A DNA stretch of 64,000 bases from Octopus vulgaris (Eukaryota): assembly GCA_951406725.2 (NCBI GenBank), contig OX597823.1, forward strand, positions 15,500,001 to 15,564,000, written 5' to 3'. Below are positions 1 through 9,546 of the stretch, in pieces. Each line of letters begins with the position of its first letter. The first letter of the stretch is position 1. Under the pieces are notes generated by a model, which was not told the origin of the DNA, made no database searches, and was given only the letters and a program-made list of their open reading frames with translations. Both the position numbers and the translations under genes were made by a program.

Positions 1-143
1 TCAGCTTCACCGTCAGCATTTTCTCCGTTCTCTGCCTCTGCTTCAGCCTCTAGCTGAGCTTCAAATGCTTCCTGTTCAGCTTTCTCACAGTCATGAATAC
101 CAACAATTAAACTATAATCCATCAAGTGTAAACCGGCAAGAAA
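1..143 (-). CDS. PIP4K2: PIP4K2 coding exon (last visible, runs off the window): FLAGLHLMDYSLIVGIHDCEKAEQEAFEAQLEAEAEAENGENADGEA
   Basis: Acceptor ttctag at 144-149 (minus strand). Contains the PIP-kinase MDYSL motif followed by the acidic insert typical of PIP4K2. Phase 0 join with exon 3380-3493. Confidence 0.95.
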
Positions 144-287
144 CTAGAAGGGAACAAAGAAACAAAACAAAGAAGTAAAGTAAGACGTTCTCTTCAACAA
201 AGAACAAAAACTGGTCGATGTAAGTTTGAACAACATTGTCAATTCTAAGAGTAAACTCTGACAGCAGATAGTAAACAACAACTTTAA

Positions 288-508
288 CCCTTTAGCATTT
301 AAACCGGCCATATCCGGCCAAAAGTATTCTGCCTGTTTTATGTTCAAACTGGCCAGATCTGGTCTCTCACACCAACCCTACAATATCGTTTTAAAAATTA
401 ACAGCTACCTCATCAAAATCTCATAGCTACGAGATAATGCCTGATTAGTTCAAAACAAGGTGGATGAAGAAGCATTAATTTTGGCAGAATAATGCGAACA
501 CTAAAGGG
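288..508. mobile_element. piggyBac-like MITE
   Basis: TTAA at 284-287 and 509-512 flanking short TIRs CCCTTTAG...CTAAAGGG. A decayed inverted copy lies at ~54521-54726. Confidence 0.7.
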
Positions 509-1060
509 TTAAAAGGGTTGGAGGCTCTACATTTCTGAATTCAAGTCTCATTACAAGCTCTATAGATTCATAACATATACTGGAAATCAATGAAATCAAA
601 TAAAATAAGAAACAAGTATGGACTGACATCAACATAATTATAATCCTCCTCTATGAATTTACAGTTCTCTTAATGTAAGAAACAGTAGAATAGCTAATTA
701 AATACTTCAGTAATTTGTTGCATTCCTTGATATTATGAGTTCGAACGTGATCAAATAATTACCAGTTGTGTAATGGGATCTGGGTTTTGTCATGTTCAGC
801 CATTGAAAAAGAAGATTGTGAATCCATATACTAAAAGATGTGACTTATTTCCCCTTCATTTTGTCAATAAATGCTCAGCTGAACAGAAAACCATTTTCCC
901 CTTCTTTTGCCCAAATTTATGCAGGTGTTCAAATTGATTCTAGTAAAATGAATGATATTGAAAGCTTTTGCAGGTGAAACAGAGCAAGATTTCAAAAGAG
1001 CTGTATGCATTCATTTGGAGAATTTCTGTCTCCACTTATGCTCTGGTGTCTGTATGTATG

Positions 1061-1093
<33 letters not shown>

Positions 1094-1100
<7 letters not shown>

Positions 1101-1381
1101 ACAAGATAAGGGCAGTAGAAAAATTCTCGATAACCATTATAATTTATGTGTCTCCATGGGTATGAGTAAGTATTTCATTTATATCTCGCGTATTTGCCGC
1201 TGAAGAGGGGGAAATTTCTTATGAATTAACCCCGAAATTGGATCAATACGGTAATAACGAATTTTTTAGAGATTTCTATCGGTTTGTTTCAAGACGCATA
1301 AATTATAATGGTTATCGACAATTTTTTGTTTCGACATATTTGGCATTAGAATTTTTCTACTGCCCTTATCTTGTAAATTAT
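1094..1381 (+). mobile_element. Fold-back element, probable Penelope-like pseudo-LTR remnant, next to a (TA)n tract
   Basis: Inverted repeats 1094-1127/1348-1381 and 1127-1153/1292-1318 enclose a hammerhead motif. Confidence 0.65.
1194..1254 (+). ncRNA. Type I hammerhead ribozyme motif
   Basis: UUGCCG-CUGAAGA-GGGG...CCCC-GAAA-UUG gau CAA-UA-CGGUAA. All core nucleotides are present and stems I, II and III pair. Predicted cleavage after A1248 (AUA triplet). Confidence 0.8.
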
Positions 1382-2732
1382 GTATAAATTTTACCTTTAA
1401 AGGCATTTTTTGATATGCTGGCCATTGATAAAATTTTTTTCCCAAAAAAAATTTTATCCTATGTATGTATGTATTTGTATGTGTGGATGAGTTTTCTTAT
1501 TACACATCTCTGCCTACACATTTTGCAAACACCTCATTCTGTCTTTCCTTTATTGTTACTAAAGCTCTTATAATGCATCTAGGCTTTTTTTTATCAATTT
1601 ACTTTGGCCTACATTATGAACAGAGTTTTTAAGAATAATTTACTCTTGCCAGCCCAGATCTAGCTTATGCTTCAATCCAGCCCACAGAGCCAAAAGAGTT
1701 TGATACCTCTATCCTAGATATGAGAACGTTGCTTGAGAGAAAGAGAAGAAGTGAGCGAGAGAGGGATTGGTATCTCCTCCAGGAAGAGATATATCATCTA
1801 TCAATTGCTTCACACTAAGAAATCAAAAGTAAATACTGACACTTAACAACAATTGCAGTCTCTTCCTGGTATTAAAGTCACTCCCCTCTGGTGAAGAGGA
1901 TTGGCTTTCAAGAGTTCTGTGTCAGTACCACATAAAAAGCACTCAGCACACTCTGTAAAGTGGTTGACATTAGGAAGGGCATCCAACAACAGAAACCGTG
2001 ACAAAGCTTGCCAGCTTTGGTCAAACCATCCAACCCATGCCTGCATGGACAATGGATGTTAAATGATGATGATGATGATGATGATGATACAATTTTTCAA
2101 TTTTTTTTTTTTTTTTACCCTAAGTATACATGGTGTTATGCAGTTTGGAAATAACAATCTTCCCTGGGTAGGACACCAGAATTTTCACAGGAATATTCAA
2201 AATCTAATAACTATAGTCTTCTGAAACAAGTTTAAGAGCAAGAAGTAATTATTTAGAAAAGAAATCATTCATCCTATAGGATCAATGAATTCAATTAACC
2301 TCCCTCCCAAATTTATGGCCTTGTGCTTATATTTGAAGATTGTTATCATTGAGGGACTGGCAGAGTTGATAGCCAGTCGGACTAAATGTTTTGTGGATGT
2401 TTGTTCTAGCTCTTTATATTCTGAGTTCAAACATTACCAAGACCAACTTTGCCTGCCATCTTTCCAGGAGTCGAAAAAATAAAGTACAAATGAAGTACTA
2501 CTGTGAATTTAATTGATTTACCCTTCCCTTCAAAATTGCTGTATTATTATTGTTGTTGATATAATTACTATTAATATCATTATTAAGTCAAGGCAGTGAC
2601 CTTGTAGAATTATTAGCAAGTCAGACAGAATGCCTAGTTCTTTATGCTTCCAGTTCTTTATGCTCTGGATTCAAACTCCACTGTGGTTGACTTAGCCTTT
2701 TAATTTTTCGGGGGTTGATGAAATACATACCA

Positions 2733-2962
2733 ATTTCTTTACTGCCCACAAGGGGCTACACACAGAGGGGACAAACAAGGACAGACAAATGGATTAAGTC
2801 GATTATATCAATCCCAGTGCGTAAGTGGTACTTATTTAATCGACCCCGAAAGGATGAAAGGCAAAGTCAACCTCGGCGGAATTTGAACCCAGAACGTAGC
2901 GGCAGACGAAATACTGCTAAGCATTTCACCCGGCGTGCTAACGTTTCTGCCAGCTCACCGCC
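2733..2962 (-). mobile_element. tRNA-derived SINE family B (Meta-domain-like), young copy nested in an older opposite-strand relative (~2590-3058)
   Basis: Minus strand starts GGCGGTGAGCTGGCAGAAACGTTAG with a GTTCAAATTCC B-box and a GACTTTGCCTTTCATCCTTTCGGGGTCGA core. Perfect 18-bp TSD ttgatgaaatacatacca at 2715-2732 and 2963-2980. Confidence 0.85.
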
Positions 2963-3134
2963 TTGATGAAATACATACCAGTCAACCACTGAGGGTAATG
3001 TAATCGACACTCCCACTCCCCTCAAAACTGCTGGCATTGTGCCAAAATTTGAAACCATTATTATGAGCAGCAGCAGCTGCCATGATAAGAGTAACAATAA
3101 ATGGTGTGAAAGGAGGGGGAGGAGAAGGGAATAC

Positions 3135-3357
3135 CTATTTCTTTACTACCCACAAGGGGCTAAACTCAGAGAGGACAAACAAGGACAGACAAAGGGATTA
3201 AGTCGATTATATCGACCACAGTGCGTAACTGGTACTTAATTTATCGACCCCGAAAGGATGAAAGGCAAAGTCAACCTAGGTGGAATTTGAACTCAGAACA
3301 TAACGGCAATCAAAATACAACTACGCATTTCGCCCGGCATGCTAACGTTTCTGCCAG
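3135..3357 (-). mobile_element. SINE family B copy
   Basis: Closely similar to 2733-2962; ends ~22 nt from the donor site of exon 3380-3493. Confidence 0.85.
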
Positions 3358-3379
3358 GAAATACCATTTGCCTACTTAC

Positions 3380-3493
3380 TTCAGTATCAGCATTCAACTT
3401 CTTCATAAAGATATCTTTTTCTGCAGCTCCAATATGTATGATGACACCATCATTGACAAAGTCATTATCTTTCAAGGTTGGGAGGTCTTTTGC
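3380..3493 (-). CDS. PIP4K2: PIP4K2 coding exon: AKDLPTLKDNDFVNDGVIIHIGAAEKDIFMKKLNADTE
   Basis: ttgcag acceptor, gtaagt donor, 114 nt, conserved LPTLKDNDF motif. Confidence 0.95.
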
Positions 3494-4073
3494 CTGCAAA
3501 ATAAATCAAAACCTTTCAACAATCTGTAGAATGATTACAAATATTTGTGCTTCAGTTCTTTATTTTTATTTCTAAGTTTTAAGCAGAAAATAAGAATTTC
3601 CAGGAAGCCTTGCAGAATTTTTCCAAAAATCATAATTGCCAGTTTTGAAAAGTATTAGAAGATCTATACAGCAGAAATCACATTGCTTTTAGCAGATAAT
3701 ATAAGTAACAATTGAAGTGGTTTAGCTCTAGATCAGCTCAGACAATGTAAACTTAAATTCAAAGGCATTCCAGCTTTCATTATGCTACTTCTTTGGTACA
3801 ATGCAACCAAGACTACATTATCTAATCTATATTGATGCACATGATAGAACTGCACCCTTATTGAAATTGTAAAATCTATGACTCACTATATCCAATAAAT
3901 GAGACTAAACAAGAAGTATTGACTTCTGGTTTAGTTTCATGTTAGCCCTAACTAAGCAAATCTATTTTTAAAGGAGTTCTAGCCACAATAAAGCACTAGT
4001 CAAGTACTAAGGTCAATGGTACTGACTAACCCACTCCCTCAAAATTGTTGGCCTTGTACCTAAATTAGAAACA

Positions 4074-4419
4074 AGCACCATCCGTTCGTGGCTGTTGCCA
4101 GCCTCGCCTGGCCCCCGTGCTGGTGGCACGTAAAAAGCACCATCCGTTCGTGGCCATTGCCAGCCTCACCTGGCCCCCGTGCCGGTGGCACATAAAAAGC
4201 ACCATCCGATCGTGGCCGTTTGCCAGACTCGTCTGGCACGTAAAAAGCACCCACTACACTCACGGAGTGGTTGGCGTTAGGAAGGGCATCCAGCCGTAGA
4301 AACATTGCCAGATTAAACTGGGCCTGGTGCAGCCTTCTGGCTTCCCAGACCCCAGTTGAACTGTCCAACCCATGCTAGCATGGAAAGCGGACGCTAAACG
4401 ATGATGATGATGATGATGA
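4074..4419 (+). mobile_element. Retroposon family C: (ATG)n tail and 5' tandem ~62-nt monomers
   Basis: Body GGTTGGCGTTAGGAAGGGCATCCAG...CCATGCTAGCATGG...(ATG)n, preceded by about 3 monomers. Many copies in the window. Confidence 0.85.
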
Positions 4420-4607
4420 ATTATGACTATTACATACACAAAATCAGTAGGGCACCCAACAAAATGACTTGTTGTCTATTCACTTTACTGAGACCTAATA
4501 TACCTGCTAGAGACAACTCAGTATTTCAGTCTCTAGAATCAATAAAAAAAAAAACAGTACCAGTAAAAGACTGTGAATAAATGAATCATAGTATAAGAGC
4601 TACTTAC

Positions 4608-4646
4608 CTTCTCTTTATCACTTGCTTGCCGATCAACAGTAGATCC
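4608..4646 (-). CDS. PIP4K2: PIP4K2 39-nt coding exon: GSTVDRQASDKEK
   Basis: ccag acceptor, gtaagt donor. Completes the DLKGS motif with the preceding exon and resembles human GSTVAREASDKEK. Missed by the ORF track. Confidence 0.93.
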
Positions 4647-5534
4647 CTGGAATAAATGAAAGTCGTTAAATATATTTATATAGAGAATCTACTGGAAATA
4701 TATAGAAACAAAGAACAAACAGACTGGGAGTATATAGAGGGCCTATCATTGATGGGGTTGCAAATGGCAGCAAAAGGACCATGACAAGCATAATTGATTA
4801 GCCAACCAAACAATTAATCAAACAGTCAATAAGTGAACTGAGTAAATACTTCACAAATTGATAAATAACAAATAAAGAAGTGAAATAGAACCAGTGTGTG
4901 TGTGTGTGTGTTTTATTGGCATAACGACCCTCCCAATATACAACAAAATATGTTTCAACACAAGAGTTCACATCAAGAATCTTGCTAACCAAATACAAAA
5001 ACAAAACAATATAAAATTTCATCAATTACAGAAATTTTCCAGTGTACAGAATATGTACAGCTAATCATATTTAATAGCAATGCTCCAAGTGGTGAACACA
5101 GTATGAATAAACAGGCTTATACTGCACATGTGCTTGTAGGTCAAGAAACAACAAATGGGGGGAGTAACTAGTCCTTGATGATCAAGGACATCCAGTTTTC
5201 CAGTTTTTTAAGGGTTTCTTCAACTGGCTTTTGGCAGTACCCACCACACTATTGGGAAATTTTAGTTTGTCCAGGGGACTGAGCAAGATGTCAAGCAGAT
5301 TCTAATCTGGTTCCTTGTGTTCTAATAACAATGCCTCTGATGATGATGCTGCCAAGCTGCATTGGCCCAAATCGGGGCTCTTCCCCTTGAATGAACATCA
5401 GTATCATGAAGAAGAGAGACTTGTATGCAGAGGCATGCAGCCAGTCTTTCTCAAAATTTCTTCCCTGCACATACATGTACAGATGCATGACCAACCATAA
5501 CAGGCAAAGACTATATATATATATATATATATAT

Positions 5535-5738
5535 AAGTCAGGACGCCATGATAGATCGTTAGCTCCTACACGCATTTTTTTTCTTTCCTTGTTTTTTGTG
5601 TATCTTTCTGTCGAAGAGCGTAGGCTCGAAACATAAAAGACTTTTTCTATTTCTATTCCCGAGCGCTATACTAATACATTTGTTTGTTTGTACTCCACCT
5701 GCCTTCGTCTTTTGTTTATTTTCGTAAACTTTCCCATT
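5535..5738 (+). mobile_element. Probable Penelope-like pLTR fragment with a degenerate minimal hammerhead motif (5603-5640)
   Basis: TCTTT-CTGTCGA-A-GAGC gtag GCTC-GAAA-C-ATA-AAAGA, sitting between (TA)n and (TG)n tracts. Confidence 0.5.
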
Positions 5739-6175
5739 GTGTGTGTGTGTGTGTAAATATGAAAATAATTTCATAGTAGACAGATTGTAAACCACAAAAT
5801 CCTCCAATTCAATATATAGGTTTAAAGTTGGCGGGTATCCATAGCTTATAAAAAAATTACACAAAATAATTTTTGGTTAAATATATAATAAATAAAATAT
5901 TAAATGTGCATTTCTCAGATGCAGAACATTAGGCAGCATTCAGTATGAATAGGCAGTTCATCAAAGGAATAAAAAAAGCCAAATGAAAATTACTTCCAGC
6001 AGTATCAACCTAGAAAACAAACATTTATAACAAGCAAAAGTTAGCATTATATGAGACATTACCCATTTGTCATAGCTGTTCAGCTCTGTTTGCCATTAAT
6101 ACTCTATATAACATTAATATAATAATAATAAAACTGTAAACAAAATCAGTGATAGAGAACACACATGTTACCAAC

Positions 6176-6322
6176 CTTGAGATCATACTTTTTATGGATG
6201 GTCAACCTGGGACTGAAGACATTCCTTAAAACAACAAGATAAGTCTCCACATCATTGACAGTAATCCGATACATTCCTAGATATTGCGGTAACAACGTCT
6301 GTGCGTGTCTTTCAACAATATA
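6176..6322 (-). CDS. PIP4K2: PIP4K2 coding exon: YIVERHAQTLLPQYLGMYRITVNDVETYLVVLRNVFSPRLTIHKKYDLK
   Basis: ttgcag acceptor, gttggt donor, 147 nt, TLLPQ-LGMYR and KYDLK motifs. Confidence 0.96.
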
Positions 6323-6405
6323 CTGCAAATATAGAAATGTACAACAAGTCAAGTTTTGATATTTACATTTGATTTAAAGGAATAGTTTTTAAAATAAAAT
6401 GTAGA

Positions 6406-6816
6406 GAGTGGCTGTGTGGTAAGTAGCTTGCTAACCAACCACATGGTTCCGGGTTCAGTCCCACTGCGTGGGATCTTGGGCGAATGTCTTCTGCTATAGC
6501 CCCGGGCCGACCAATGCCTTGTGAGTGGATTTGGTAGACGGAAACTGAAAGAAGCCTGTCGTATATATGTATATATATATATATATATGTGTGTGTGTTT
6601 GTGTGTCTGTGTTTGTCCCCCTAGCATTGCTTGACAACCGATGCTGGTGTGTTTACGTCCCCGTTACTTAGCGGTTCGGCAAAAAAGAGACCGATAGAAT
6701 AAGTACTGGGCTTACAAAGAATAAGTCCCGGGGTCGATTTGCTCGACTAAAGGCGGTGCTCCAGCATGGCCGCAGTCAAATGACTGAAACAAGTAAAAGA
6801 GAGTAAAGAAAGAGAG
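6406..6816 (+). mobile_element. tRNA-derived SINE family A (CORE-like) with an internal (TA)n(TG)n microsatellite
   Basis: A-box TGGCTGTGTGG and B-box GGTTCAGTCCC, CTTGGGC(A/G)A core, 3' tail of AAGAGT-like repeats. Multiple near-identical copies. Confidence 0.85.
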
Positions 6817-6956
6817 TATAACCTAGAACATTACTTTTGTGTTATAACTATGTCAAAATATTTCTAGAATATTAAGATCCATATAAGCAAACTGGGCCAT
6901 GAGAGATCAAAAAACATTCATACTGAGGTCATATCTTGACCACTTATTATCCTCCA

Positions 6957-7211
6957 TCTGGCACCTGTGTCGGTGGCACATAAAAACACCATCCGAGCGT
7001 GGCCGTTCGCCAGCCTCGTCTGGCACCTGTGTCGGTGACACATAAAATCACCCACTACACTCTCGGAATGGTTGGCGTTAGGAAGGGCATCCAGCTGTAG
7101 AAACACTGCCAGATCTGACTGGCCTGGTGCAGCCTTCGGGCTCCCCAGACCCCAGTTGAACCATCCAACCCATGCTAGCATGGAAAGTGGACGTTAAATG
7201 ATGATGATGAT
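6957..7211 (+). mobile_element. Retroposon family C copy (~1.5 monomers)
   Basis: Same body and (ATG)n tail as 4074-4419. Confidence 0.85.
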
Positions 7212-7577
7212 AACTAAAGGAATCACTGCAGGTCAAGTTGACAGGGTGTTAAACTTGTCTAAAGGTCAATAGTTGCTTTTTGCATCAATAACCTCCATGG
7301 CTAAAACCACCAACTCTCAGCAACAAAATCTACCTGGCTGTAAATATATACCCTAATGAAGTGCAGTACAGCAGCATAAAAGATCAATTATGTTAACTTA
7401 CAGTGATGAGCTCAGATCTTACCAGGGAACTGAGGAGGAGAGTAAAAGGCTATTCCAATTCATTCTCTTAAAATATACATTTAATATGATGCTGAAATTG
7501 GCCACACAACCTGGATGATCAAACTACACTAGATCAATAAAGCAAACTTTTCCCTACATATTCCAACAATATCTATA

Positions 7578-7739
7578 GGTGCAGGAGTGGCTGTGTGGTA
7601 AGTAGCTTGTTTACCAACCACATGGTTCCGGGTTCAGTCCCACTACGTTGCACCTTGGGCAAGTGTCTTCTACTATAGCCTCGGGCCGGCCAAAGCCTTG
7701 CGAGTGGATTTGGTAGACGGAAACTGAAAGAAGCCCATC

Positions 7740-7798
<59 letters not shown>

Positions 7799-8005
7799 CA
7801 TGTGTGTCTGTGTTTGTCCCCCTAGCATTGCTTGACAACCGACGCTGGTGTGTTTATGCCCCCGTTACTTAGCGGTTCAGCAAAAGTGACCGATAGAATA
7901 AGTACTGGGCTTACAGAAGAATAAGTCCCGGGGTCGAGTTGCTCGATTAAAGGCGGTGCTCCAGCATGGCCGCAGTCAAATGACTGAAACAAGTAAAAGA
8001 GTAAA
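7578..8005 (+). mobile_element. SINE family A, full length
   Basis: Starts GGTGCAGGAGTGGCTGTGTGG; internal (TA)n; AAGAGT tail. Confidence 0.88.
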
Positions 8006-9159
8006 CTATCCAATCCCATACTATAATTAATATTTCACTTCAACAACTAATCTCCGCTAATTTCCCCATTCTCCTTATATTTTAAAAATACCATCTTCTA
8101 CACATTTAAGATTTAAGTTTGTATATAGTGTCAAAAAAATCATACACATACATACTCTTAACTTTCTTAAATTTGATCAGTCTATCCAGAAATTCCTTAG
8201 TTGATCTAACACTCCAAAAATAATTAATTCTTGAACCGTTATAAATTTTGTCACAATATTTTTAAAAATATGTTCTAACAACTTTTAAAGCATCATTAAT
8301 CAATATAGATAGCTGTTTATTCGTACAGTCACTAGCTCCTACTATGAATCTACTTTTAAAAAGAACCTTATGTAGTTTAGGAATCCCAAAAAGTTTAGGG
8401 GATATTTTTATCCTTTTCTTCCATTTCTAAACCACTCAATCTTTCTACTGTGGGTAAAAGCCTTATAATTGTATACATGTTATTACCTATAAACTTAAAT
8501 TCCTTATCCACTTCTAACTCTTTACCTGTAACCATCATATAACATATATATATATATGATTCAGTTTCTGACTGAAGAATGAAGGCTTCGAATGACTTGT
8601 CTGTTTTCCGTGTTCGTCACTTCGTGTATTTCACGTTCTTTATATATAAAGTTTTATTATATATATATATATATATATATTTGAAAGCCTTTGTAAAAAT
8701 TATTTTAAATAGTTTTTAAGTATAAAGGGAAGGTTTTTTTTTTAATTTTTTTTTTTAAGTTATAAAATCTTTTATCAGGATGTTACTAACCTATATATCA
8801 TTCATACATTTGAACTATTGTTTTATAGCAGGATGCCCTTGCTGTTGCTAAACCTTACTGGTTTGGAAACTGTTCAAAAGTGCAGAGCCAGCAGACAATT
8901 TGTTGTTGACAGGGAAATGACAAACTTCACTGCTTGTGGTTCAACATGTTTTCAATCAAAATATGCAAGATGTAAACATTCAAAATATTTAATATCAAAT
9001 GCGATTGCTTAGTTTGAAGTTTCACCATTAAAACTAACTTCTCAAAGAAGTGGGGTTTTGAGACAAAATTTTATTCAATTATAGTAGTTTAGTTTTTAAG
9101 TGGGGGGAAAAAGTAGTACCGAAGGCAGGTATAATGAGAGGTGGGAGGGAATAGTGGAT

Positions 9160-9546
9160 GGAAGCACTCCGTCGGTTACGACGACGAGGGTTCCGGTTGA
9201 TCCGAATCAACAGAACAGCCTGCTCGTGAAATTAACGTGTAAGTGGCTGAGCACTCCACAGACACGTGTACCCTTAACGTAGTTCTCGGGGATATTCAGC
9301 GTGACACAGAGAGTGACAAGGCCGGGCCTTTGAAATACAGGTACAACAGAAACAGGAAGTAAGAGTGAGAGAAAGTTGTGGTGAAAGAGTTCAGTAGGGA
9401 TCACCACCATCCATTGCCGGAGCCTCGTGGAGCTTTTTTAGGTGTTTTCGCTCAATAAACACTCACAACACCCGGTCTGGGAATCGAAACCGCGATCCTA
9501 TGACCGCGAGTCCGCTGCCCTAACCACTGGGCCATTGCGCCTCCAC
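9160..9546 (-). mobile_element. tRNA-derived SINE family D, full length
   Basis: Minus strand starts GTGGAGGCGCAATGGCCCAGTGGTTAGGGCAGCGG...GGTTTCGATTCCC (tRNA-like head). Flanked by the direct repeat tgggagggaatagt. Second copy at 47927-48257. Confidence 0.85.

Noticed and set aside
4085-4141. HDV-like ribozyme in the family C monomer (CCAGCCTCGCCTGG resembles HDV P3/L3)
   Set aside because: I could not assign P1, P2, P1.1 or the J4/2 catalytic C, and the loop sequence varies freely between monomers.
9470-9546. tRNA genes at SINE heads (also 7578, 2962, 37283)
   Set aside because: A/B boxes are present, but the heads run into repeated SINE bodies and no complete cloverleaf with an acceptor stem is evident.
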